This document shows positions 34,371 through 42,278 of a DNA stretch of 61,846 nucleotides, one piece after another. This DNA is from a virus. The stretch spans positions 1-61,846 of the IMG/VR virus record IMGVR_UViG_3300033566_000071; one strand, written 5' to 3'. The notes below the pieces were generated by a model that was not told where the DNA came from, did not search any database, and saw only the letters and a program-made list of their open reading frames with translations. The first letter of the stretch is position 1, and every line of letters starts with the position of its first letter. Position numbers and translations under genes: made by a program.

Positions 34371-35195
34371 ATGCACCACCTAAAGCCTTACGTCACAAGC
34401 TATATGAACACCATGACGGAAGAAGACAAGAGTGCTATGATAATGGGCACCCTCACTGCCAAATTCGAAATTGATTTGAATGGCAAGGTTGTGTTCTTTG
34501 AAAGATGTGGAAGTACAATGTCCACGGAGAGTTATCCAGACCTGCGCAATTTGGCAAAGCGCATGCGCCTCACCACAAAGGGTAGGTCTAAGGGGGCGAG
34601 GGACGACATCACCGAAATCCCAACCTATTTCGTTGAAATTGTAGAATGGGAAGAAGAGCGCCGAGAGCTGCTTGAGGCTGACGCCCGAGAGTCCCTAAAA
34701 TCGTCTGACAATCTATTGGAAACAATGCGTAAGGCTAGGGAAGCGGCCGAAAGGATGCGCGCCGAACAGAAAATGAAAGAACTTCATAAGGCACATGGAG
34801 CAAATGCTCATAATGCTTCGCCCACAAAATGGCAGCATGGCACCGGAATTATGGAGGATAGGTTGGCAGCAGACAAGCTCCACCATCTTAGTCAGTGTGA
34901 GGAATATAGACGCACGTTTGAGGCAGCTGTCGCATACCGGAATGACGCAACGTGGCACATAGAACCATCAACAACTGCCCCAACATCCAAGAAGCCAGAA
35001 TGCAGATGTACCGTTACATGGCATGGCATTACACATATGGTGGGATGTCCTCACAAAAAGCCGGCGACAGAGGCCGATACCGCACGCTGGCCGCTTGAGC
35101 ATACATGGGGCATTCCGAAAAGTGTCGCTTTAAGCTATGAGCCAATGACAAGAGAAGAAATGAATAGCAAATATAGAGGGAAGGGCGACAAATGA
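34371..35195 (+). CDS. Hypothetical protein (274 aa)
   Basis: Start at MHHLKPY after a GAGGAG RBS. A small hairpin with a T-run lies just upstream. C-terminal Cys/His cluster CRCTVTWHGITHMVGCPH. Confidence 0.6.
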   Translation: MHHLKPYVTSYMNTMTEEDKSAMIMGTLTAKFEIDLNGKVVFFERCGSTMSTESYPDLRNLAKRMRLTTKGRSKGARDDITEIPTYFVEIVEWEEERRELLEADARESLKSSDNLLETMRKAREAAERMRAEQKMKELHKAHGANAHNASPTKWQHGTGIMEDRLAADKLHHLSQCEEYRRTFEAAVAYRNDATWHIEPSTTAPTSKKPECRCTVTWHGITHMVGCPHKKPATEADTARWPLEHTWGIPKSVALSYEPMTREEMNSKYRGKGDK

Positions 35196-35341
35196 AATAC
35201 GAAAGGCCTAACGAAAAGCTTCTACAGGAGCTTTTGAGGCTAAATGTGCGTGTAGTGGAAGTCGCTTCGCTGTATGGTATAGAGGCTGCATTAGATTGGG
35301 CAGCTGAGAAACGCAAAGCCATCATGGAGAAATATAAATGA
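35192..35341 (+). CDS. Small HTH-like protein (49 aa)
   Basis: Hand-translated: MKYERPNEKLLQELLRLNVRVVEVASLYGIEAALDWAAEKRKAIMEKYK. ATGA overlaps at both ends. Confidence 0.45.
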   Translation: MKYERPNEKLLQELLRLNVRVVEVASLYGIEAALDWAAEKRKAIMEKYK

Positions 35342-35685
35342 GTAACTCATCAAGTAAGTTCTATGTTGGCCAAGAAGGCATCAAAACTCGCGACGGTAGG
35401 GATGCGCGTATAATTTGCATAGATGCAAACGAGCACCAACCAATTGTAGCTGTTGTGGACGGTAGATGGGCCAACACGTACACAAAAACCGGACATTACC
35501 ACTCTGATGATCAGGAGTCAAAGCAAGATCTCATCCTCCCCAAGCGCACGGTGACACACACCATTTATGCGAATGTGTATAAGAACCGCATAACTGTACA
35601 TGAACATGAGGATGTGGCAAGAGACCTTGCTCTGTGTACATGCCTCGCAGTTGCAGTGCCTGTAACAGTAAACGTGGAGGTGTGA
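35338..35685 (+). CDS. Hypothetical protein
   Basis: 115-aa ORF, translationally coupled to the upstream gene. Confidence 0.6.
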   Translation: MSNSSSKFYVGQEGIKTRDGRDARIICIDANEHQPIVAVVDGRWANTYTKTGHYHSDDQESKQDLILPKRTVTHTIYANVYKNRITVHEHEDVARDLALCTCLAVAVPVTVNVEV

Positions 35686-35688
35686 GGG

Positions 35689-35862
35689 ATGAGCAACAAT
35701 AACGACAAAGCCAAAGCTCTTATAGCCGCTGCTCCAGCTTTGATATTGAGGCTGCTTACGCGGGAGGAGGTGGACAATATTATCTGCTTTCATGTGAACA
35801 TATCAACAGGAGAACGGCATCAGATACTAAACGCCCTGTTCGGGAAGGAGACCAAAGCATAG
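35689..35862 (+). CDS. Hypothetical small protein (57 aa)
   Basis: Hand-translated: MSNNNDKAKALIAAAPALILRLLTREEVDNIICFHVN... A GGAGGTGTGAGGG purine-rich stretch lies upstream. Confidence 0.4.
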   Translation: MSNNNDKAKALIAAAPALILRLLTREEVDNIICFHVNISTGERHQILNALFGKETKA

Positions 35863-35924
35863 CGCAACAGATGCTCCTGCGGTAGTGGGTGTGAACCAGA
35901 TGAAGGTTGTTCGGAGGGGAATGT

Positions 35925-36155
35925 ATGAAACGGAGTCAATTACCTGAATGGGCACAACGCGACAAGCCTATTAGGTGTAGGACCTGTAAGTCCAGATCTA
36001 ATGATTGGACAGGACCAACTATAGGTCCATCTGGTGTTACATACTTGTGCCACTGTGGTAAGTGTGGACGTAAAGAGATAGCAGGAACTACGCAGCTTAG
36101 AGCGGGTAGCGCACTTACTAAGCTGGCTCAAAGCATGTCGGAGGGGGATGTATGA
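35925..36155 (+). CDS. Zinc-ribbon protein
   Basis: Start at the ATG of the junction cassette GGAGGGGAATGTATGA. Contains CRTC...CHCGKCG. Confidence 0.55.
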   Translation: MKRSQLPEWAQRDKPIRCRTCKSRSNDWTGPTIGPSGVTYLCHCGKCGRKEIAGTTQLRAGSALTKLAQSMSEGDV

Positions 36156-36394
36156 ACGTAGATCGTATGATTGATAGAATAAACGACTGGAAGCTTTTGA
36201 TTGAGGTGATGGGGCTTCCAGACAGAAAAGTGACACAAATGGGGGAATGTGACGCAATTATAGAAGCACTACGAGCGGGGCAGCAACTACGAGAAGACAT
36301 TAACAACACTCCGCAATTGTTAGGTAGGGTACACCCAGCAAATATGTCCGGGGTGGTAAAGTGGGACGCGGCAACGAGGGAGGAGGATGTATGA
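36152..36394 (+). CDS. Small protein, ALRAG...WDxAT paralog 1
   Basis: 80 aa. Contains IIEALRAGQQLRE and the C-terminal KWDAATREEDV. Junction cassettes at both ends. Confidence 0.65.
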   Translation: MNVDRMIDRINDWKLLIEVMGLPDRKVTQMGECDAIIEALRAGQQLREDINNTPQLLGRVHPANMSGVVKWDAATREEDV

Positions 36395-36603
36395 ACTTGG
36401 TAGAAATGATCCAATGGATAGCTGATCGAGATCACTTGCACGATGGACCTAAGATTACAGCCGCACTAAGGGCTGGTGAGAGGATGAGAAGTTGTTACAT
36501 CTTACCAGGGCACCGCCAATGCCCCGAAGGTATGATAGCAGCAGTGGACTATAAGTGGGCTTGTGAAGCTTGGGACGCAGCTACAAAGGAGGAGGATGTA
36601 TGA
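36391..36603 (+). CDS. Small protein, ALRAG...WDxAT paralog 2
   Basis: 70 aa from the cassette ATG. Contains ITAALRAGERMRS and the C-terminal EAWDAATKEEDV. Confidence 0.65.
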   Translation: MNLVEMIQWIADRDHLHDGPKITAALRAGERMRSCYILPGHRQCPEGMIAAVDYKWACEAWDAATKEEDV

Positions 36604-36812
36604 ATAATGTAATTGAGATAAATGGTCAATCAACCACACAGGAAACGATGCTCATAGCAGAGCTGGATATTGCTGAATTCAATCACAAGATAGCCTCAGA
36701 GGAAATGATGGTGGCTGAATATTCGCTACGCTCGGCCACAGAGCAGCTCGCTACCGCCAATCACAGGCTGAAAAAAGCCATTGCAAATGTCGAAAAGGAG
36801 CTGCTTAAATGA
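36600..36812 (+). CDS. Hypothetical coiled-coil protein
   Basis: 70 aa from the cassette ATG (MNNVIEINGQ). Confidence 0.55.
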   Translation: MNNVIEINGQSTTQETMLIAELDIAEFNHKIASEEMMVAEYSLRSATEQLATANHRLKKAIANVEKELLK

Positions 36813-37063
36813 AAGAGACAACGCTGTCGATAAATTTGATAATGGACAATTTCCCACCTGAAATTCAGGCCGACATTATAGAACATGCGGCTGAGGAAGG
36901 AATTGGCAATATGGATATGGCGTGTCGCCTCTACGCAAGCGTGATGCGAGCAATGTCAATATTCGAGCCTGAGCAAATTCGGGAGATGCCCGAAGCAATT
37001 CAAGGAAAGCTAGCCCGGTGGCAGGCATTTCTTCTCGCCCAGCAGACGAAGGAGAATGTATGA
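36809..37063 (+). CDS. Hypothetical protein
   Basis: 84-aa ORF with an ATGA overlap upstream. It ends in the cassette (..TKENV). Confidence 0.6.
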   Translation: MKETTLSINLIMDNFPPEIQADIIEHAAEEGIGNMDMACRLYASVMRAMSIFEPEQIREMPEAIQGKLARWQAFLLAQQTKENV

Positions 37064-37476
37064 GTGAGTTTGACGGCATTGTTGTCAATAGCAGCGACGA
37101 GGATGTTGTTTGCACTGAGCACGGATACACTAGTGTCATATCCCCAGGATGGGCTGTGGATGGGCACTATTTTCCTCTGACAGCTAAGGCTGTACATGAG
37201 GCGAACCTGAAGTATTTAGAAGAAACGCGCAAAAAGGATGCAGCTATGACATTTAAAGAATATGCAGAGCGCACAAAAAATCTCGACACATCAGTGACAG
37301 CAGCTCTAAAGAAAGCAGTGCCGGGCAGACTTTATGCAGCCCTTCCTCAGCTGTCCCTTTGGGCAGGACAAATACAATTGTGTGACGATGGTGATATGCT
37401 GGATGTTGCTGACTTTGTTAATGTAGTGAAGGCTTTGGCAGCTTTTGCTGGGCTTGAAATTAAGGAGAAGGTATGA
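37060..37476 (+). CDS. Hypothetical protein
   Basis: 138 aa from the cassette ATG (MSEFDGIVV). Confidence 0.6.
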   Translation: MSEFDGIVVNSSDEDVVCTEHGYTSVISPGWAVDGHYFPLTAKAVHEANLKYLEETRKKDAAMTFKEYAERTKNLDTSVTAALKKAVPGRLYAALPQLSLWAGQIQLCDDGDMLDVADFVNVVKALAAFAGLEIKEKV

Positions 37477-37727
37477 GAAAACAAGACACAAAACTCACAC
37501 TAGCGCAATGGCTTAGGCAAAAAGACGAAGACAGAGAACTCAGAGAAACCCCTATTGAACCCTTAATTGGAATTCTGGAGGCAGCTCAAAAGCTTAGGGA
37601 CAAATTGTCTCTAACACTAGTCGTCGATGGCTCCCCTGCCCTCATCCGCACAACTGTGTCCATATTGGACATGGATGGGCTTGTCGAAGCCATAGACACA
37701 TTTGACAAAGAAATGGAGAAAGCATGA
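37473..37727 (+). CDS. Hypothetical protein
   Basis: 84-aa ORF with an ATGA overlap. Confidence 0.6.
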   Translation: MRKQDTKLTLAQWLRQKDEDRELRETPIEPLIGILEAAQKLRDKLSLTLVVDGSPALIRTTVSILDMDGLVEAIDTFDKEMEKA

Positions 37728-38272
37728 ATAAGACGCACATCTCGTTTCCAGAGCTTATGGCCGCCATAAAAAGAACAGAGCTGCCCGAGAGCTCATATAA
37801 GACAAATGTTTTTGCCGCGCACAGCGTTGGAAGATTTTTTGCCGTCGGCCGTACACTGACGGCATTTATGTTCGAAAAGCTTCAGGCAATGGCCAACCTT
37901 GGAAATAGCCTTGATAGCACCAAAAAGCAGCTCTTCTACCGCACAAACGACATTGTCCCTTCGCCCAATGGAAGCCTCGTAACGCTGCCATACATGCGGG
38001 AAATTCACGGACTTATCGGTGTTGCCACCGAATTCGGTGAGCTTCATTCAGCTCTTCTGGCGACGGACAGAACGAACATTGGAGAGGAGATTGGGGACAT
38101 TCTCTACTATCTAGGCATTATTGCCGATGCCAACCACCTTTCTCTCGAGGATTGCGCGGTGGCTATGATTGAAAAGCTCAAGAAAAGGCATGGCGACAAA
38201 TTCTCACTGAAGGGAAGTGAGGCGCGTAATATTGAGGAAGAGAGGGCTGTCCTCGAGGAGAAACTTACGTGA
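37724..38272 (+). CDS. mazG: MazG-like nucleoside triphosphate pyrophosphohydrolase
   Basis: All-alpha NTP-PPase signatures GVATEFGELHSAL and EEIGDILYYLGIIA. Confidence 0.75.
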   Translation: MNKTHISFPELMAAIKRTELPESSYKTNVFAAHSVGRFFAVGRTLTAFMFEKLQAMANLGNSLDSTKKQLFYRTNDIVPSPNGSLVTLPYMREIHGLIGVATEFGELHSALLATDRTNIGEEIGDILYYLGIIADANHLSLEDCAVAMIEKLKKRHGDKFSLKGSEARNIEEERAVLEEKLT

Positions 38273-38370
38273 CGGAAAGCCTTGACACCGCGAGGCTGGC
38301 AATTGTCTTTACAGTTGTCGCTGTTTTATGTTACATGTCCTGGCGCTGCAGAAATGAGGAGGACATATGA
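38269..38370 (+). CDS. Tiny TM peptide (33 aa, GTG start)
   Basis: GTGA overlap upstream and ATGA overlap downstream. Hydrophobic LAIVFTVVAVLCYMSW. Confidence 0.3.
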   Translation: MTESLDTARLAIVFTVVAVLCYMSWRCRNEEDI

Positions 38371-38609
38371 GCACAGAGTTTAGAGTGGGCGATATTGTCT
38401 GGGACGGGAAAGGACGGCGAGGTGTTGTGCAGAGCGTGGAACTGGGCGATACTTATCCAGTGAGAGTTAGATTTGGGGGGCGACCGGAAACTTACACACT
38501 GGAAGGAGAATTTAATGTAAACAATCCTAGAAATTGGATGAACATCTCCAAAACAAAGCCTAGCACATTTATGGATAAAGTTGCTAGAATTTTTGCACGT
38601 AGCATTTAA
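38367..38609 (+). CDS. Hypothetical protein (SH3/Tudor-like beta composition)
   Basis: 80-aa ORF: FRVGDIVWDGKGRRGVVQSVE... Confidence 0.55.
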   Translation: MSTEFRVGDIVWDGKGRRGVVQSVELGDTYPVRVRFGGRPETYTLEGEFNVNNPRNWMNISKTKPSTFMDKVARIFARSI

Positions 38610-38629
38610 TATAATTAAAGGAGAATTTT

Positions 38630-38992
38630 ATGTTAGACACCAATCAAATCGTCACCATCATTCAGCAAACTGGCGGCACCATCTCTACCCTAATCTCGCA
38701 GGTGGCATATTTTTTTGCAATACAGCAAGCAGCCGCGTGGCTGTCCTTCACCTTTCCCTGTCTCCTTTTATTCAGTGTTCTCCTAAAAATTGCCAAGACG
38801 CAAAAGGCTCTGGGCGATGTAGACAAAACGGGCTATACGGCTCTTTTTGCGTGGCTTTTATTCAGTGTGGCCCTCTACACTGGCGTAAGGGGGATGGCGC
38901 ATGTGGCGCAGGCCGCATTCAGCCCAGCCATTTATGTGGCTAGTGAAATTGGTGGTATTGACGCTTTGCTGCGCTCGGTGGAGAAAAAATGA
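38630..38992 (+). CDS. Membrane protein (2-3 TM)
   Basis: AAGGAG RBS. TM segments AAAWLSFTFPCLLLFSVLLKIA and YTALFAWLLFSVALYTGV. Confidence 0.6.
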   Translation: MLDTNQIVTIIQQTGGTISTLISQVAYFFAIQQAAAWLSFTFPCLLLFSVLLKIAKTQKALGDVDKTGYTALFAWLLFSVALYTGVRGMAHVAQAAFSPAIYVASEIGGIDALLRSVEKK

Positions 38993-39156
38993 AAGAGGCT
39001 GAATGGTTTGTGCTGACATATTGCGGTCTAGGTGTCCTTGCCATCGTGTATATAGTGTGGCAACATCACATGGACGTAGCCAAAAGGGATGGACTTCCCT
39101 TCCCCTTTTCCAAACTCAAACGAAAGCTGACAAGCTTTCTTTCTAGGAGCATATAA
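38989..39156 (+). CDS. Small N-terminal-TM protein (55 aa)
   Basis: Hand-translated: MKEAEWFVLTYCGLGVLAIVYIVWQHH... ATGA overlap upstream and TAATG overlap downstream. Confidence 0.4.
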   Translation: MKEAEWFVLTYCGLGVLAIVYIVWQHHMDVAKRDGLPFPFSKLKRKLTSFLSRSI

Positions 39157-39428
39157 TGCAATTCAAAATTGTGCAGATGCAAACCCTGACATATGGCGTC
39201 ATGGAGCTTCAAAAAGACGGCACTTATGCCTTGATAATGAGTGGGCTTCCTGATATGAATACAGCCAAGCTTGCTGTAGCTGGCCGCACTGTCATGGGCG
39301 AATATGATATGCATGGCAACCTACTTGTAGGGTATGGTACGTCCCCTTCCATCGGGAAGGGCACTAGCAATGCTACAGGTTCTAGCAGCACTGCCACTGG
39401 CTTAAAAGGTAATGTTACATTAACATAA
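39156..39428 (+). CDS. Hypothetical protein
   Basis: 90-aa ORF. Confidence 0.55.
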   Translation: MQFKIVQMQTLTYGVMELQKDGTYALIMSGLPDMNTAKLAVAGRTVMGEYDMHGNLLVGYGTSPSIGKGTSNATGSSSTATGLKGNVTLT

Positions 39429-39438
39429 GGAAAAGAAT

Positions 39439-40560
39439 ATGGCTAAGGCTCCTGTGAAAAAACGCGCCCCGGCAAAAGGAAGAGCTAAAGAAGTTAAGCC
39501 TAAAACTGCCAAACGTGTTGAAAAGCGCGGAGAGCCTAGGCCCTTTTCCATCACTCAGCTTCTGGATAAAGGCATTGAGCAGCATGTCCTCAATCATGCC
39601 CGCCGCTCAATTGAAACAATGCACACCCTGCGCGGCGGATCCGCTGGCGCTATAATGGATGACGGCACCCAGTTTGGATGTGTCAGAAAAGCCGCCCTCC
39701 GTTATCACGGCTATGACCTTCCAATCGACGCCCGCACCCAAATTCTAATGGGATTTGGCATCTCGAACGAGGACGTGCTCGACAAGTATATTTCCCTATC
39801 GGGATGGCCCAAAGACCGTATTAAGCGAGAAGAAGAAATTCCGGTGTCATACGAAATCGGGTCCCCTTCTTCCACAGATATGGAAAAAGACCGGATGGAG
39901 AGGGTTACGGGCAGGCCGGATATGATTTTGTTGGATGCCAGTGGGCATCCTTATTGGGGCATTGAGATGAAGCTCAAAGGCACCGTCTATGGAGCCAAAA
40001 ACATCCTCATCAACAGCAAAGTCGATAGTGCTCACATCATCCAATCGATGCACTACATGTGGAAACATAATCTGACGCGCTATTCGATTGTCTACAGCAT
40101 TCCTGTGCGCTTTGCCATTCAAGGGGCAGACGCAGAGGCCTTTGCTGCCCTAAATTTGGCTGAGCTAAAAGCCGATGGTACCCCTAGCTATGCGAAGCTG
40201 GGTTTCTACGAGACAATATTCGAATGGGACAAAGAAGCGGATACGCTTCAGTGTTATACTGTGCACAGTGGAGTAGAACGACGCGATATTCCGCTACGTA
40301 TTGGGCACATCGAAGATTTCTATAAGCTTGTCTCTCAAGTGGCCCATAGGGAGACAATGGGTGGACGTCCCACAAAGAGATCCATTCTTCCGAACTCCTT
40401 CGAATGGAATCTTTGTGATATGTGTGAGCTCAAGGATGTATGTAATAACTACGAGCACGACATTGATGCTTGGTGGGACTGGGCAATCGAAAAAATATCG
40501 AGCGAATGGCTGAGGCTTTGGCCCAATTTACATAAGGACTTTCTCAATGACTTCGAATGA
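39439..40560 (+). CDS. PD-(D/E)XK nuclease, Cas4/RecB-like, with Fe-S-type cysteines
   Basis: Motifs GRPDMILLD...WGIEMKLKG and QSMHYMW. An N-terminal Cys (FGCVRK) plus the C-terminal CDMCELKDVC match the C...CxxCx5C pattern of Cas4/AddB nucleases. Confidence 0.75.
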   Translation: MAKAPVKKRAPAKGRAKEVKPKTAKRVEKRGEPRPFSITQLLDKGIEQHVLNHARRSIETMHTLRGGSAGAIMDDGTQFGCVRKAALRYHGYDLPIDARTQILMGFGISNEDVLDKYISLSGWPKDRIKREEEIPVSYEIGSPSSTDMEKDRMERVTGRPDMILLDASGHPYWGIEMKLKGTVYGAKNILINSKVDSAHIIQSMHYMWKHNLTRYSIVYSIPVRFAIQGADAEAFAALNLAELKADGTPSYAKLGFYETIFEWDKEADTLQCYTVHSGVERRDIPLRIGHIEDFYKLVSQVAHRETMGGRPTKRSILPNSFEWNLCDMCELKDVCNNYEHDIDAWWDWAIEKISSEWLRLWPNLHKDFLNDFE

Positions 40561-40759
40561 GACAATAAAAAGAGTAATAATCAATTATGTGAGCAGTGAT
40601 GATAAGTATTTCGTGGTAGTCAATGATAGGTTGGTAGGCAGTTCTACGTCGTTCGACTTGGCTATGTACATGGCCAATCAGGTAATTGACAAACTGCTTC
40701 GCCGTGAGGTAGAATTAGGCTATTCCCAATCAACCTTCTATCTAGGCGGGTGCGTATGA
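40547..40759 (+). CDS. Hypothetical protein
   Basis: 70-aa ORF overlapping the nuclease gene's 3' end. Confidence 0.5.
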   Translation: MTSNETIKRVIINYVSSDDKYFVVVNDRLVGSSTSFDLAMYMANQVIDKLLRREVELGYSQSTFYLGGCV

Positions 40760-41358
40760 AATTTCTCTTGACAATGGCAATGTTTCTATGCTCCTGCGTA
40801 TTTGCTGCTGGCAATAAAACCCCAATCCCCCCAGCAGCTACGCTCGAAATTGTGGGCGATGTGAATGGGTTGATGAGTATGCTTTTTCTGGTTAAGAGCA
40901 ATGAGCTAGCGCTCCTTCCAGTTAAAGCCATTCCTAGCAACGTGGTGCAAATTAACATTGCATCTAGGGGCGGGGAAGTGGAGGCCATGAAGCAAATTTT
41001 GGAGCGCATGAAGCTGCTCAAAACATATGGCTATGTCTTCTCGTGCACGGCCACAATTGCCTATTCGGCCGCGTTCATGATTTGGGAAGAATGTGATAGC
41101 AGGCTGGCCTATAGGCTCTCAAGCCTGCTTTTCCATCGCCCATACATCTCGTTCGCCCGTAACATCACTAGCAAAGATGCTAGGGAAATGGCAGACGGGC
41201 TTGAAAAGGACGACGTTGTCTTCATCAAAATGCTCATGGAAGGCGTGGGCAAATTCATGCCCGAGGTCGACGTCATAAAGCACATGGACGCAGAAACATT
41301 CTGGACAGGTGAGACGCTTTGTAAGCAGGCCCCAGGATTTTGCTACCTCCTAAATTGA
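40756..41358 (+). CDS. Exported (lipoprotein-type signal) ClpP/S14-S49-like serine protease
   Basis: ATGA-coupled start. Signal peptide MKFLLTMAMFLCSCVFAAG. ClpP-like blocks INIASRGGEV, TIAYSAAFMIW (Ser) and SLLFHRP (His). Confidence 0.6.
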   Translation: MKFLLTMAMFLCSCVFAAGNKTPIPPAATLEIVGDVNGLMSMLFLVKSNELALLPVKAIPSNVVQINIASRGGEVEAMKQILERMKLLKTYGYVFSCTATIAYSAAFMIWEECDSRLAYRLSSLLFHRPYISFARNITSKDAREMADGLEKDDVVFIKMLMEGVGKFMPEVDVIKHMDAETFWTGETLCKQAPGFCYLLN

Positions 41359-41365
41359 GGGACAT

Positions 41366-41542
41366 ATGAAGCGAATTTACGAGGTGGCATTTGTTCTGGG
41401 CGAAAATACTGAGCCCATTCTCCTAAAGGTTGTGGACGGGGCGGGGCTTACATCAGAAGAAATTGTCGCCCAATGTAGACAAAGCCTCATTTTTGCTGTA
41501 CAAGATTGCACTGAAGTGACGGTTGAGCGTCTCAAAAAATAA
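41366..41542 (+). CDS. Hypothetical small protein (58 aa)
   Basis: Hand-translated: MKRIYEVAFVLGENTEPILLKVVDGAGLTSEEIVAQCRQSLIFAVQDCTEVTVERLKK. Confidence 0.45.
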   Translation: MKRIYEVAFVLGENTEPILLKVVDGAGLTSEEIVAQCRQSLIFAVQDCTEVTVERLKK

Positions 41543-41553
41543 AGGAAACGATT

Positions 41554-42174
41554 ATGGCATTCGGACAGAAAAGCAACAGTTTCGCAAAGAAGCCTGCAGC
41601 CGCTGGCAAAAAGAAATACGATCAGCCCGCGTTCTTTATGAACCCAGAGCAAGGCCAATATGGCCCTATGTATGTGGGCGAGTATAATGGAGTTAAGGCT
41701 ACGCTAGCCGAGACGAAAGATGGCGGCAAATTCAAATTCACATTCACCGATGCAAATGGCTCTCCTGCCTTTTCGATAGGTAAGGTGAAGGAAAACAACT
41801 ACGGAGCTTTCATTCCATTCTCCATCGATGGGACGTGGTGGTATGCCACAACTAAAACCAACGCCAAAGGCAATTATGTCCTTGTCAAAAGCACCGGGCG
41901 TGCTGTAGAGCCTCGCGAATATGTCGAAGCAGAGCTTCTCCAGGCCCCAGAAATTGCCGATGTGGACGCCAACGGCCATCCGATTGACGAAGGCACCACT
42001 GAAATTCCAGAAGAAGCGTTTAAAGCGGCAGCAGCCAAGCCAGCCGTGAAGCCAGCTATCGGCAAGCCTGCCGCGAAGCCTGCCTTCGGTGCTAAGGCAG
42101 CAGCTGCAGCGCCAGCTTCAGCCGGCAAGCCAAAGCGCGCGCAGCCAAAGAATTTAGACGATATTCCGTTCTAA
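41554..42174 (+). CDS. ssb: Single-stranded DNA-binding protein (non-canonical N-terminal domain)
   Basis: C-terminal PKNLDDIPF tail, the hallmark SSB acidic tip, preceded by an A/K/P-rich linker. AAGGAA RBS. Confidence 0.7.
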   Translation: MAFGQKSNSFAKKPAAAGKKKYDQPAFFMNPEQGQYGPMYVGEYNGVKATLAETKDGGKFKFTFTDANGSPAFSIGKVKENNYGAFIPFSIDGTWWYATTKTNAKGNYVLVKSTGRAVEPREYVEAELLQAPEIADVDANGHPIDEGTTEIPEEAFKAAAAKPAVKPAIGKPAAKPAFGAKAAAAAPASAGKPKRAQPKNLDDIPF

Positions 42175-42211
42175 GGAACGGGTTCTTTTTGCGAGTTTGG
42201 TCAATTTGTTT

Positions 42212-42264
42212 GGGGAAGGGATTCGGTAGACTCAGCAGAGCCTACCTAGCTTTTCCCCTTTTTC
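42212..42264 (+). terminator. Rho-independent terminator candidate after ssb
   Basis: Outer stem GGGGAA/TTCCCC and inner stem GGTAG/CTACC, followed by TTTTTCTTT. Confidence 0.45.
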
Positions 42265-42278
42265 TTTAGGAGGATGCT

